NCBI GenBank assembly: GCA_963674755.2
Contig: CAXXVS010000003.1
Coordinates: 416,001-480,000 of the forward strand
Direction of reading: 5' to 3'
Length of the DNA stretch: 64,000 nucleotides
Source: Desulfobacterales bacterium
Lineage (GTDB): Bacteria; Desulfobacterota; Desulfobacteria; Desulfobacterales; UBA5852
In this document: piece by piece, positions 20,830 to 31,214 of the stretch
Layout: every line of letters starts with the position of its first letter
Position numbering within the stretch: the stretch's first letter is position 1
Translations under genes and position numbers: made by a program
Notes under the pieces: generated by a model
Seen by the model: the letters and a program-made list of their open reading frames with translations, nothing else
What the model was told of the DNA's origin: nothing
Database searches by the model: none

Positions 20830-21945
20830 CTACTGGAGAATGAAATTCCCATTGGCATCGACTTTGTAGACCCGGTAGAGATCGCCGACCCGGTCGCCCT
20901 TTTCATTAAAGGAAATCTGACCGGTCAATCCCGGGAAATCTTTCATGTCGTTCTTCAAGTAGGCCACCAGTTTATCCTTATCCGTAGACCCGGTGGCTTT
21001 GATGGCTTGAACGATCACGCGCAGGCCGTCGCCGGAGAGCACCGCCCAGACCGATCCCGGCTCGGAATTGTATTTTTTCTTGTAGGCGGCCATGAAGGCC
21101 TTGGCTTCGGGGGTGTCCAGGTCCTGGGGAACCGGCGGGCTGAGGAACATGAAACCGGCCGCGGCGTCCTTGCCGGCGATTTTGACCAGATCGGGATTGT
21201 TGGTGGCGTCACCCCCCAGGAAGGGCACGTTCCAGTTCATTTCCATCTTCTGGCGCAGCAGGAGACCGGCTTCGCCGTAATATCCGGTAAAGAAGACCAC
21301 GTCCGGATTGGCGGCCTTCATTTTGGTGAGAATGGCCGAATAGTCGTTTTCCTTGGGGGTCAGGGCCTCGTAAAAGACGATGTTGGCGCCGTTTTTTTCC
21401 AGCAGGGCCTTGGCTTCGTCCGCCAACCCCTTGGCATAGCTGGAGTTGTCATGCAGGATGGCGATGCGTTGATAGCCGCCGCTTTTCAAGGTTTTATAGG
21501 CGACCAACCCCTGTTCGTCATCCCGTGGGCAGGTGCGCAGGAAATACTTGAGTCCCTTTTCGGTAAGCCGGATGGCGGTGGAGCCATTGGCAATCTGAAT
21601 GATGCCGGCTTCGTCGTAAATGCCCTGGGTGGCCTCGGTCACGGCGGAACCATAGGTGCCGATGACCGCGACGATGCCCTGGGTGGACAGGCGCTGGGCG
21701 GCCAGCGCGGCCGTGCGCGGATCGCCGCCGTCGTCTTCGGTGATGATCTCGATTTTTTGACCGTTGACGCCGCCGGCGGCATTGATTTCATCCGCCAGCA
21801 ATTCGACGATCTGCTGCATGTCCTGTCCTTCGCTGGCCCAGGCGCCGGTAATGGGTGCCATCAAACCGATTTTGATGGGGCCGGCGGCAAGAGCGGTTCC
21901 GGCCACCAGGCAGAGAATGAGCGTGAGAAACAATACCTTTTTCAT
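20830..21945 (-). CDS. livK: HAAT-family ABC transporter periplasmic binding protein (probably proline/amino acid)
   Basis: Signal peptide, EDDGGDP, HDNSSYAKGLA, FTGYYGEA, FNEKGDR. Confidence 0.88.
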   Translation of the reverse strand: MKKVLFLTLILCLVAGTALAAGPIKIGLMAPITGAWASEGQDMQQIVELLADEINAAGGVNGQKIEIITEDDGGDPRTAALAAQRLSTQGIVAVIGTYGSAVTEATQGIYDEAGIIQIANGSTAIRLTEKGLKYFLRTCPRDDEQGLVAYKTLKSGGYQRIAILHDNSSYAKGLADEAKALLEKNGANIVFYEALTPKENDYSAILTKMKAANPDVVFFTGYYGEAGLLLRQKMEMNWNVPFLGGDATNNPDLVKIAGKDAAAGFMFLSPPVPQDLDTPEAKAFMAAYKKKYNSEPGSVWAVLSGDGLRVIVQAIKATGSTDKDKLVAYLKNDMKDFPGLTGQISFNEKGDRVGDLYRVYKVDANGNFILQ

Positions 21946-22037
21946 GAATGCCTCCTTTAAGATTGGTTGGTACCTTTGGGTCTGTCAGGAGCGGCCCGTG
22001 TAAAACGATACACTCCCAAAAAGATCACGAGATCCTG

Positions 22038-22811
22038 TTATTGCGACGGTTGGGCCTGCCCGTCAAAAATTTTCGGCAGAGCCGTCTTCCCGGCCTCGTT
22101 CTCCATCATATGCTCGCTGAAGCGTTGGACATGCCGGCGTGCCAAGTCGCTGGCCTGCTCCGCATCGCCCTTTTTAACAAACGCCACAATGTTGTAGAGA
22201 TCATCGAAATTTTCCTGCAACATGGCCTCGGTCCAGGGCAAAAAACGCTCATAGTAGCGCTGGATGTTATCATGCACCATCTGGTGGATGACGATGTACA
22301 TGGGGTTGCCGGTGATTCGGGCCAGGGCCTGGTGAATTTGTTTGTCGATTTCGACAAATCGGCGCGATTGGGATACGCCCTTGGCCACGTAAGAACGCGC
22401 CTTTTCCACGAGTTTTTCCAGCGCGGCGATGTCCCGCCGGGTGGCACGGCCGCAAGCCGTGGCCGCCACGATGCCTTCGATGCCCTCCCGGAATTCGGCC
22501 AGATGCACCAGGGAAATCTGCTGAAACCGCACCAGCAGATCCAGGCTGTCGCAGACTTGCTGCATGGGGGCCGCTTTGACCACCGAGCCCCCGCCGACGC
22601 CGAGTTTGATCTCGATGAGGCCTTTTTGTTCCAAAACGCGCAGGGCCTCGCGCAAGGTGCCGCGGCTGGTCTGAAACAATTCTTTGAGATCCCGCTCGGA
22701 AGGCAGGGTATCACCGGCCTGGAGCTTGCCGTCGACGATCGCCTTTTCAATCTGTTCGACGACGTCCTGAAAGATGCGGTTTTGTTTGGCGGCTCGGAAC
22801 ATGCGTATCAT
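22038..22811 (-). CDS. GntR family (FadR subfamily) transcriptional regulator
   Basis: LPSERDL...SRGTLREALRVLEQKGLI wHTH; FCD motif IHQALARITGNP. Confidence 0.93.
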   Translation of the reverse strand: MIRMFRAAKQNRIFQDVVEQIEKAIVDGKLQAGDTLPSERDLKELFQTSRGTLREALRVLEQKGLIEIKLGVGGGSVVKAAPMQQVCDSLDLLVRFQQISLVHLAEFREGIEGIVAATACGRATRRDIAALEKLVEKARSYVAKGVSQSRRFVEIDKQIHQALARITGNPMYIVIHQMVHDNIQRYYERFLPWTEAMLQENFDDLYNIVAFVKKGDAEQASDLARRHVQRFSEHMMENEAGKTALPKIFDGQAQPSQ

Positions 22812-22827
22812 GGCGTGCGAAGGAGTT

Positions 22828-22845
22828 AAATGGTTCGACCATTAC
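22828..22845. promoter_or_regulatory. Second copy of FadR-type operator (autoregulatory)
   Basis: AATGGT-TCG-ACCATT, matching the putA site; downstream of a minus-strand TTGACA (22865-22870). Confidence 0.72.
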
Positions 22846-22976
22846 TAAAGACTTTCAACATTCATGTCAACCCAAAAACAAAACCTTCGATAGTGCCTGA
22901 ACAGTATTCAATAAAGAGGGGCGCACCGCAGGATTCCACTGGCCGGTGAAACCGTCCGCAGGGGGATGGCCTGTTG

Positions 22977-23318
22977 TCAGCAGGTCAGATGAAAGCCGCC
23001 GCCGATGCGGCGTGTGGGTTGAAGGTCGTTGAAACGGGTTATGGCGTTGCCGGTGGCATCCATCACAAGCATGATGCCCCGTGCGCGCAGGGCTTCTTCC
23101 AGCCCGGTCTCCGGCAGCATGCGGCCGTAGACTCCGCTGCCAATCACGATCAGCTCCGGTTCGGCGGCAATCAGGTCCTCGATATCGGCCAAAGACAACC
23201 GATGCCCGTGCTTGCGCCACCAGTTGTCGGCCACCCGCCCGTTCGGATAAATGATAATATCGGTCGTATAGCGTTTACCGTCGACCTGGATGGAGCCGAA
23301 ATCGCTTTTTTCAATCAT
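22977..23318 (-). CDS. Mth938/DUF498-like domain protein
   Basis: FGSIQVDGKRYTTDIII, PELIVIGSG, terminal FHLTC. Confidence 0.8.
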   Translation of the reverse strand: MIEKSDFGSIQVDGKRYTTDIIIYPNGRVADNWWRKHGHRLSLADIEDLIAAEPELIVIGSGVYGRMLPETGLEEALRARGIMLVMDATGNAITRFNDLQPTRRIGGGFHLTC

Positions 23319-23390
23319 GTGGACCTCCCGATCTTGGCACGGAAGGCATCCTCTTTTTATGGAAGCTCGATGCCGAGAAGTTTATAATTT

Positions 23391-24245
23391 TTATACGTGC
23401 AGCAGGCCATTGGCGGGGTTGGGGGACAAAGTCCCCTGTAATTGACGAATAATCTGCTCGCCCACCGCCAAGGGGAAACCGTCTTCCGTGGCGGTCGGTT
23501 CGGCAGTAACACCATCCAGACAACCGTTGGACAGCAGGTAGGATAGTGATTCGGGCAGGTTGATTCCAGCAAGGAGGTCTTTGCCCGTCAGGTGGCTCAA
23601 TTCGGTGATGACGCCATAGACGCCCCAGTTGGATACCGTGGCGATGACCAGTTCGTCACAGGTTGTGACGGCAGGCGTGATGGGCAAATCCGTCAGCAGG
23701 TGTTGCACATTGCCCATCCCGATTTCGTTGCCGCCATCCCCGAAGGCGATGGTCGGGCAAGCGCTGAGATTGAAAAACAGGTCGAATTTGGCGGTGTCCG
23801 CACTGATGTCGCGTCCGTGCATGCTGAAATAGCGGCCGGAGGCCGTAATGCCGGGTCTCTCGATGGACATGATCAGTGCCGGGTGCAGTTTTCCAAGCGC
23901 TGCTTCGACCACCGGCACGCTGGCTTGCCACCCCAGGATAGGGATTTCAAAGGTCTTGAACCGTCCCCCAAGGACGCCTGAAAGCGGAGGGCCGCAGACG
24001 AAGACGGGATCATAGTCCAACAGCCGGAGAACGTCATACATGGCGATGGCGCCGAGGGGTCCGTCGGTTTCAAAGGTGCCTTTGACCGGAAAGCCTGTTC
24101 CGATGAGTACGGTGCCCGGGTTGTTTCGGATGAGCCGGGCGGCACGATGGCAATAGCCATGGGGTATGGCTTGGTAAAGACGTGCCATGCCCCGTGTATT
24201 GAACTGCAGAATGATTTTTTCGATGTGTTCGGAAAAAGCGTCCAT
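23391..24245 (-). CDS. DUF4392 / D-glutamate cyclase-like domain protein
   Basis: TGFP, ETDGPLGA, IERPG, GDGGNEIGMG, SNWG motifs; start uncertain (MDAFSEH chosen). Confidence 0.78.
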   Translation of the reverse strand: MDAFSEHIEKIILQFNTRGMARLYQAIPHGYCHRAARLIRNNPGTVLIGTGFPVKGTFETDGPLGAIAMYDVLRLLDYDPVFVCGPPLSGVLGGRFKTFEIPILGWQASVPVVEAALGKLHPALIMSIERPGITASGRYFSMHGRDISADTAKFDLFFNLSACPTIAFGDGGNEIGMGNVQHLLTDLPITPAVTTCDELVIATVSNWGVYGVITELSHLTGKDLLAGINLPESLSYLLSNGCLDGVTAEPTATEDGFPLAVGEQIIRQLQGTLSPNPANGLLHV

Positions 24246-24587
24246 ACCCGGGTTGTTCTCTCTTTCATAAGGCGTGATCATGCCCGCGGTCATTGCGCTA
24301 ACATAGTCTCTCCCGGGAGGAATGCAATGGTAATCTGGTTCGCAGACGTAGGGCACGCCGCAAGTGTGCAATGGTGTCATGTTAGGATTAACCGATTGGA
24401 AATACATGCCTTTTGTACGGTGCAGTGCGGACTGGAAATAGCCTGACAAATGAGGGCGGCCCGGTGAGGAGGGGCATCAACCGGGCCGTAGGGCTGATAT
24501 CAAGGACGAAAGGGACTCTATGCATTCCCCAAGCGTTACCCTGCCGCGTGACAGGAACACCCGGCGGCGAGGTCTCCGGCATCCCGA

Positions 24588-24890
24588 TCAGGGCTGGGGA
24601 GGAATTCCCAGCACATAGGATTCATATTGGGTGGACCCCTCCTGGTACATTTCCAGCATGACTTCGAAATCCTTGCGGCGCTGGTTGTCCCTCCAGGCCA
24701 GCCAGCTTTCCATATTCTGCCAGGTCCCGATGACCAGGACATCCTGGGGGTCGTCGCAGGACACCAGCGTTTCACCGGAAACATAGCCGGGCTGGGTCAT
24801 GGCCCCCGAACGAAAATCCCGGAGCAGGGCATTGATTTCCTTGACCTTGCCTTTTTTAAAGCGCCGCTTGATGAAGACTTTGACCAGCAT
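24588..24890 (-). CDS. Antibiotic biosynthesis monooxygenase (ABM) family protein
   Basis: QPGYVSGETL...LVIGTWQNMESWLAW pattern; RBS GGAGG. Confidence 0.82.
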   Translation of the reverse strand: MLVKVFIKRRFKKGKVKEINALLRDFRSGAMTQPGYVSGETLVSCDDPQDVLVIGTWQNMESWLAWRDNQRRKDFEVMLEMYQEGSTQYESYVLGIPPQP

Positions 24891-25085
24891 GACCGTCCTC
24901 CTTTCCGTTGAGGTGCCGTGGTCGGGCGAGGGGCGGGGCCGAACCGCAATATCTCTGGGCAGGCGGAGGGCGCAGCTTCGGCACCATGATGGGGCTTACC
25001 TTACAAAAGTAATTCTTTATTGAGGCATTAGCAAAGAGAAACCGTTTCCGTCAACGGCCGGGACAGGCGGCATCCGGATGATCGC

Positions 25086-26105
25086 TCAGCGCTGGTGAAG
25101 ATTCAGGCGCTCGCGGAGCACCCAGATGAGAAAACCCGCATAGACTTCCCAGACGTCGGGTCCGTAGCCGCCCGCCATCAGGCTGGCCTGGGGAACACGA
25201 CGCTTTTGCAGAAAGCGGTAGATGATCTGGTCGCGCTCCAGAAGCTGGGCTTGCGACAGACGCAAAAGTTGGGTGGACGGCAGGGCGTCGCCCTCGTAGG
25301 GGTCGGCCCCGGACACCACAATGGCCAGATCAGGCCGGGACAAGCCGGCCAGCTGGTCCAGGCCTTCCTGCAAGCGGCGGTTGTAGGTGGGCTCTTCCCC
25401 GGCAGCAATGGGGATGTCGATATCGCTGGGAACGAAAGAAGGATTGGGGCGCCCCTCGGCATCGAACGGTTGGCCGTCCAGGGGCCAGCCCTGGGCCATG
25501 TGGACGCTCAGGGTGCGGATGGTGTCGTCGTCCCGGGTCAGGGCAGCCGTGCCGTCACCTTTATGGGCATCCACGTCGATGATCCAGGCGTTGTGGATTT
25601 TTTGTTCGGCCTGCAGCTTGCGCAAGGCGATGACGATGTCGTTCAGCAGGCAGAACCCGTTGCCGTAATCATATTGGGCATGATGCATGCCGCCGCCGAA
25701 ATAGAAACAAAACCCTTTCTCCAGAGCCACCCGGCAGCACTGGGTGGTGCCGGCCACCCGTTTGAGGATCCGATCGAAAAGATGCGTCAGCGGCTGGGTC
25801 GCTTGGTTCGGATCGTAGCGATAATAGCGCCCCTGATCGTCGATCAGCTCATAGGTGCGGATAATTTCCTTTTCGAGGGCGGCGGAATAAAGCCGGTCCG
25901 CGTAGCCCCTGCTGTGCACCCGCTGAAGATCTTCCCGGTCGAGGTTTTCCGCGACCCGCGCCAGGTGCCATTGGCTGACCAGCGGACCCAGTTCAGGATC
26001 CCGGGTCAGGGCCTCGAAGGTTTTGGTCACCTTGCTGTCCAGAATGGGGATTTGGATACCGAACTCAAAAAAGCCCATACGATCGGTTGGATCATATAGA
26101 ATCAT
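25086..26105 (-). CDS. Histone deacetylase-family (Zn-dependent amidohydrolase) protein
   Basis: GGMHHA, GFCLLND, DVDAHKGDGT, GADPY, GGY. Confidence 0.9.
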   Translation of the reverse strand: MILYDPTDRMGFFEFGIQIPILDSKVTKTFEALTRDPELGPLVSQWHLARVAENLDREDLQRVHSRGYADRLYSAALEKEIIRTYELIDDQGRYYRYDPNQATQPLTHLFDRILKRVAGTTQCCRVALEKGFCFYFGGGMHHAQYDYGNGFCLLNDIVIALRKLQAEQKIHNAWIIDVDAHKGDGTAALTRDDDTIRTLSVHMAQGWPLDGQPFDAEGRPNPSFVPSDIDIPIAAGEEPTYNRRLQEGLDQLAGLSRPDLAIVVSGADPYEGDALPSTQLLRLSQAQLLERDQIIYRFLQKRRVPQASLMAGGYGPDVWEVYAGFLIWVLRERLNLHQR

Positions 26106-26243
26106 CGCTATGGATCCTCGCTATTCGTTCATTGCGTTCTTGATGGAAACCGCAGGCCTATAAACGTCAGGATAGACAGCCGTCAAACAAAGCCGGTCAC
26201 CCCTGCCGGTCGGCAACAGGTCTGGGTAGACGCGATCATTCTT

Positions 26244-27737
26244 TCAGCTGAACAACCACAGCACCAGACCCACCACAAAGGAAATCCCGATCCCCAATGG
26301 GATGGTGACGCGTAAAATCTCCCCCTCTTGTCCGATGGCATTCACCATGGGTGTTGCCAGGGCGATTTTGAAGGGCGAGGATACGGACCCGATGGAGGAG
26401 CCCACGGCCAGCGCGGCCGCCAGCATGGTCCCGGACGTCCCCAACAAGGTGGCCGCCTGAATCTGGAGTTGCCCGAACAGCATGATGGAAGCCACGCCGT
26501 AGCCGGTCAGAAATGTTCCGACCCATCCCAGAAAAGGAACAAAGATGGGATAGTAGCCGCCCGTGAAAGCGATCAACCCCTGGGAGATAATCCAGGGGAT
26601 GTTGTGGGCGGCATCCAGGGTTTCAAAGCCCGGCCGATAGCCCGTGAAGGAGATAATCTGTCCCATGGCGCCGAACAGCCCCATGGCGATGGAGACCCGC
26701 CAGCCCTTTTGAAAGGCCAGCTTATAAACCAAATTTAATTCGATACGGGAAACCCCTTGCAGCCGGACAGCGAGCAGGAAAGCCAGGAAGATATAAAGGT
26801 AGGCCGAAAAAAAAGGGCGGAGCGTGATGGCGTGCACCGGGATGAGATGCATCCGGACGGCAAGCCGGTCAAAGGTGAGGGCTTTAAGCATCGGCAGGGC
26901 GTTGACCGAAAACAGGCATACAATCAGAAATAGAAACGGTGCTAGATCGCGCAGGATACCGTCCTTTAGCGGCAGACGTCCGGATCCCATCAGAATCACC
27001 GCCAGAATGACGGCCAAACCGGCCACTATCCCGGAAACCGGGATGCCTAAAAGCGCGGCGGCCCCCAGCGCGGCAAACCCGAGCAACAGGCCGATGGCCA
27101 GGGCGGACACCAGCGTTTTTCCGATAGTATCGTTCTTTGGCAGGAAAAAGGGGGCGGAAAGCGCCAGCAATACCGTGGCGGGGATGGAAATCCAGGCGGC
27201 GGCCACCCCCAAGTCGCGAACCGGAAGTTCGGTGACAAGCGCCAACACCGTAATGATGATACCGCCCAACTCCAGGGTCATCAGACCGGCATAGCCGATA
27301 ATGGACAGTGCCGCCGCGCCGGTCCGCGAGACGCCCGCCGCGCGCAGCATGGGGGCCACGATGGGCTCGGCAATGACACCTGCGCCTTCCATAAAATTAC
27401 CCACCCCGAAGGTGATGAGCATGTTCCTTCCCAAAGCATCGCCGGCACCGGCCTTGAACCACTCCACGATCCGGGTGAGGGAGCCCGTGTTCATCACAAG
27501 GCTGGAGAGGAGAATGCCGGTCATAATGACGAGCAGCAGGGGAAGCGTCGTCACAACGCCGTCCAGGGCGGCCCGTAGCGCCACGGACAGAGGGGTGTTA
27601 AAAAAGCCCATGGCCAGAACCAGTGCAAATAAAAACCCATAGACGGAAAGTTCCAGAGCCGAACGCCTCAAGACCACGGCCAGCACCGTCAACAGCACCA
27701 CGGGCGACCAGCTCAATAAAAGCAGACCGGTGTTCAA
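26244..27737 (-). CDS. L-lactate permease (LctP)-like transporter
   Basis: Multi-TM; GNFMEGAG, GWVGTFLTG...FGQLQ...SPFKI resemble LctP; TTG start. Confidence 0.72.
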   Translation of the reverse strand: MNTGLLLLSWSPVVLLTVLAVVLRRSALELSVYGFLFALVLAMGFFNTPLSVALRAALDGVVTTLPLLLVIMTGILLSSLVMNTGSLTRIVEWFKAGAGDALGRNMLITFGVGNFMEGAGVIAEPIVAPMLRAAGVSRTGAAALSIIGYAGLMTLELGGIIITVLALVTELPVRDLGVAAAWISIPATVLLALSAPFFLPKNDTIGKTLVSALAIGLLLGFAALGAAALLGIPVSGIVAGLAVILAVILMGSGRLPLKDGILRDLAPFLFLIVCLFSVNALPMLKALTFDRLAVRMHLIPVHAITLRPFFSAYLYIFLAFLLAVRLQGVSRIELNLVYKLAFQKGWRVSIAMGLFGAMGQIISFTGYRPGFETLDAAHNIPWIISQGLIAFTGGYYPIFVPFLGWVGTFLTGYGVASIMLFGQLQIQAATLLGTSGTMLAAALAVGSSIGSVSSPFKIALATPMVNAIGQEGEILRVTIPLGIGISFVVGLVLWLFS

Positions 27738-27752
27738 GAAAGACCCCGCCTC

Positions 27753-28928
27753 TCAGGCATTGGCCTGCCGGCGGTTGGCAAGCCGGGGAAGCAGCAGCCA
27801 CACCCCGAGAAGCACCCCGCCCGCTCCGGCCGCCAGAATGCCGATGATGCGGATTTTGTCAAACCAATCGAGCGAAATCAACCACATGGAAAAGGCGCCT
27901 AACATGAAATAGATAAAAATAAGCAGGGAGGATGCGGCGCCGGCATGGCGGTTCACCTGTTCCAAAACCAGGTTGTTGCTGGGGGGACGGCTGAGGCCTA
28001 AGCAGAAGGAAACGGTCGCCATGGGCAAGGTCAATCCCCAGGGACCTGGTATCCAACGTGTCAACATGACCAGGCCGCCGACCAGGACGCCGGCAAAACC
28101 GACCGTCATGAGGGCGCGTGACCCGATGTGGCCCAGCATCCTCGAGCAGGTTAAAGATCCCGCCATGATGGCGGCAGCATTCAACGCAAAATAATAGCCA
28201 AAGGTTTGCTCGGAAAGCCCCATGCGCGTGATGTAGATATCGGCCGACCCCGCGATGAAGGCGAAGTGCGGGAGAATAATAACCGACATTAAAAGGGCAT
28301 AGCCTATATACGGACGATTGCGGAAAAGCCCCAGGTAGATGCCGGCGGTTTGCAGCGTGCTTATGGATTGCCTTGTCGGCAACGTTTCCGGCATCCGCCA
28401 CACCCCGATCCAGGCCACGGTTGCCACCGCCGCCTGGGCAATGAAAATCCAGCGCCACGAAAACCACGTCAGGACCCAACCGCCGAAAACCGGCGCCAGC
28501 ATGGGGGCCAGGGCCAGGATCACGCCGATATAGGCCAGAATGCGTTCGCGTTCATGGCCATCATAGATGTCTTTGCTGATGGCCAGGGCCAGCGCGGATG
28601 CCGATGCCGCGCCCGCCGCCTGGAGCACCCGAAATACGATCAGCGCGATGGCGCTGCCAGCCAGGGCGCACAACATGCTGGCCAGAATAAAGAGACCGAT
28701 GCCGCCTAACAATAGGGGCCGACGTCCGAAACGGTCGGACAGCGGCCCGTAAAACAAGAGGGAAAAACAATAGCTGATAAAAAAGCAGACCAGGGTCAGG
28801 TTGATGATGGCCAATGGCTGCTGCCAGAGCTTAACCAATAACGGCAGGGCCGGCAGGTACATATCCGTGGAGAGGGGCGGGAAGGCCGAAAGGAGGGCCA
28901 GCAGGAACAGCATGCGTGTTTTGTTCAT
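27753..28928 (-). CDS. Bcr/CflA family MFS efflux transporter
   Basis: STDMYLPALP, GPLSDRFGRRP, 12 TM. Confidence 0.92.
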   Translation of the reverse strand: MNKTRMLFLLALLSAFPPLSTDMYLPALPLLVKLWQQPLAIINLTLVCFFISYCFSLLFYGPLSDRFGRRPLLLGGIGLFILASMLCALAGSAIALIVFRVLQAAGAASASALALAISKDIYDGHERERILAYIGVILALAPMLAPVFGGWVLTWFSWRWIFIAQAAVATVAWIGVWRMPETLPTRQSISTLQTAGIYLGLFRNRPYIGYALLMSVIILPHFAFIAGSADIYITRMGLSEQTFGYYFALNAAAIMAGSLTCSRMLGHIGSRALMTVGFAGVLVGGLVMLTRWIPGPWGLTLPMATVSFCLGLSRPPSNNLVLEQVNRHAGAASSLLIFIYFMLGAFSMWLISLDWFDKIRIIGILAAGAGGVLLGVWLLLPRLANRRQANA

Positions 28929-29188
28929 GGCGAGTCGGCTAAGGACCTTTTCTTACGGTATTGCCGCATCATTTGTGAATCGACGGTCTGTCGTGAAATT
29001 CTCTGGATAACAGAATCGGATAACAACTTCAAATCCGCTGATCCGTTGAGGATGGGTTTCCATCGCTTGATCATGAAAGCGCGGCGTGTTAGCACATTCG
29101 AGTATTCCGGTGCCTGGTATCCGAAAAGCCATAAGGATATCTTCTGTGGCGCAAGAGGGCTGCGGCCGCAATACGAATGAGGGACGCT

Positions 29189-29680
29189 ATGGAAAAGGAT
29201 CGCCTCAAAATTGTTATCGCGGATTACGACGACGACGACCATCGCCGGGCTATCCCGCAGCTGCTAAATGCCTATGCCAGGAATCTGCTGGGGTTTCGCA
29301 AACCCCTGGAGGAGGCCGTGATCGAGCGTCTGGTGGCCGGTCTGGAGGCCTTTCCCACAGCCATTGTTTTGTTGGCACGGATGGACGACGCCTATGTCGG
29401 GATGGCGATTTGCTTTTTGGGCTTCTCGACTTTCAACGCCCGCCCCCTTATCAACATTCACGATTTCATGGTGTTGCCCGAATTTCGGCAGCGTGGCATC
29501 GGTACGGCCATCCTGGAGGCCGTAAAGCGTATCGCAAGAGAACGCGGATGCTGTAAGATGACCCTGGAAGTGCAGATGAAAAACGCGGCCGCCCGCCGGA
29601 TCTATCAATCCTTTGGATTCAAGGCCACCTTCCTGGATCCGGAGGCCGGGGAGCAGCTGTCCCTGACCAAGGCCCTGTGA
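29189..29680 (+). CDS. GNAT family N-acetyltransferase
   Basis: INIHD...FRQRGIG motif A, NAAARRIYQSFGF. Confidence 0.9.
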   Translation: MEKDRLKIVIADYDDDDHRRAIPQLLNAYARNLLGFRKPLEEAVIERLVAGLEAFPTAIVLLARMDDAYVGMAICFLGFSTFNARPLINIHDFMVLPEFRQRGIGTAILEAVKRIARERGCCKMTLEVQMKNAAARRIYQSFGFKATFLDPEAGEQLSLTKAL

Positions 29681-29735
29681 CGGGACAACGGCGCCCGCGG
29701 ATAGACGAGCGGCAGTGAGGGCGTAAGATCCTCCT

Positions 29736-30560
29736 GTGTGTGAGACGATCGTGAACCGGGAAACCTTTTTCAAAGACGAGCGCCTGCCATTTGCCGAAGG
29801 CCGCTATTCCCAAGACAGCCGACGATTGTTCAAACCCCATATGCACCGGCGTTTCAGCATCGGCGCCGTTGATGCCGGCGACGTTATTTTCCGGGTGGCC
29901 GATCGGGAGATCTGCCTCCGCCCCGGCGCGCTGGCCCTCATCAATCCGGAAACCCTCCATTGCTGCAACCCCACAAAGGCAAGCGCCAGGAGCTACGGCA
30001 TGCTTTACCTGACCACGGACTGGTGCCTTCGGGTCCAGCAGTCCCTCTGGCAGACGGAGGCTTTTGTTCCGGTGGCGGACAGCCTTGTGAAAGACGAGGA
30101 TCTTTATCGCCGGTTCATGGATGCCATGACCTGCCTGATGGGGGCGACCCACTTGATGGCCAAAGAGCAGTCCCTGGCCGATCTGGCGGCCAGCCTGTTC
30201 CGGCGCTGCTGCCGGAACATCAAGGCCGTGACCGCATCGCCTCCGCCGATCACCCACCTCAAGCGCCGCCTGGCCGGCGATCTGGCGGAGGATCTGACCC
30301 TGACCGATCTGGCCGGGGAACTGGGTGCCAACCCGTACACCCTGCTACGCCGGTTCAAGCAGGTTGCCGGCATCACACCCCACGCCTACCGGATGAACTG
30401 CCGCATCGAGCAGGCCCGTGCCCTGCTGCAGGAGGGCATGGAAATCAGCGAGGTCGCGCTGGCCTGCGGTTTTTTCGACCAGAGCCATTTCCACCGCCAC
30501 TTCAAAACCATGACCACCGTGACGCCCCGGGAATACCAGCTCAATTTTATCCAATCATAA
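29736..30560 (+). CDS. AraC family transcriptional regulator
   Basis: Cupin PHMH; C-terminal GITPHAY...GFFDQSHFHRHFK. Confidence 0.92.
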   Translation: MCETIVNRETFFKDERLPFAEGRYSQDSRRLFKPHMHRRFSIGAVDAGDVIFRVADREICLRPGALALINPETLHCCNPTKASARSYGMLYLTTDWCLRVQQSLWQTEAFVPVADSLVKDEDLYRRFMDAMTCLMGATHLMAKEQSLADLAASLFRRCCRNIKAVTASPPPITHLKRRLAGDLAEDLTLTDLAGELGANPYTLLRRFKQVAGITPHAYRMNCRIEQARALLQEGMEISEVALACGFFDQSHFHRHFKTMTTVTPREYQLNFIQS

Positions 30561-30605
30561 TTCATTGCCGCCCCCTATACTCCACCCCTGAGAAAGGGGG
30601 TTTCC

Positions 30606-31214
30606 ATGGAGTTTCTACTGATTGCGTCGGCCCATTTCATGGCCCTGCTCAGCCCGGGGCCGGACTTTTTCCTCATCCTGCAGGCGGCCCTGCGGCTGCC
30701 GCTACGCTATGCGTTCCTGGTCTGCGCCGGCATTGCCGCGGCCAACGGGGTCTATCTGGTTGTGGCCGTTATGGGGCTGGAAACGGTGCGGGAGATGGGC
30801 GCATTGATGCTGGTGCTCAAATGGCTGGGCGGCGGATACCTGGTCTACGTGGGCCTCATGCTGCTGCGCGCCCCCCGGCGTTCCATAGACGCCGGGGCGC
30901 CGGTGAGCGCCCTGCACGTGCCGGGGGTGGGACGGCAGTTGATGGTGGGGTTTCTTTCGGCCATTTTCAATCCCAAAAACGCCATTTTCTACCTGTCCCT
31001 GTTTACGGTCATGGTTTCGGCCGAGACGCCCCTTGGGATTCGCATCCTGTATGCCTTGTGGATGGTCGCCGTGGTCCTGGTCTGGGACATGGGTGTTGCA
31101 GTGGCCTTCGGCCGTGAGCGGATGAAGCGGCTGCTGGACCGCTGGGTGTTCCGTATCGAAAAGGTGTCCGGACTGCTGCTGGCTTTTTTCGGCATCCTGC
31201 TGGCGGTGGATTAA
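30606..31214 (+). CDS. LysE/RhtB family exporter
   Basis: SPGPDF, NPKNAIFY. Confidence 0.9.
   Translation: MEFLLIASAHFMALLSPGPDFFLILQAALRLPLRYAFLVCAGIAAANGVYLVVAVMGLETVREMGALMLVLKWLGGGYLVYVGLMLLRAPRRSIDAGAPVSALHVPGVGRQLMVGFLSAIFNPKNAIFYLSLFTVMVSAETPLGIRILYALWMVAVVLVWDMGVAVAFGRERMKRLLDRWVFRIEKVSGLLLAFFGILLAVD

Noticed and set aside
29005..29025. GGATAACA tandem resembling DnaA boxes
   Set aside because: Mismatched to TTATCCACA, only two copies, no origin context
25086..29680. HDAC plus GNAT as an acetylation switch for the acyl-CoA synthetase
   Set aside because: Genes are in separate transcription units and not adjacent to the synthetase; no sequence evidence links them
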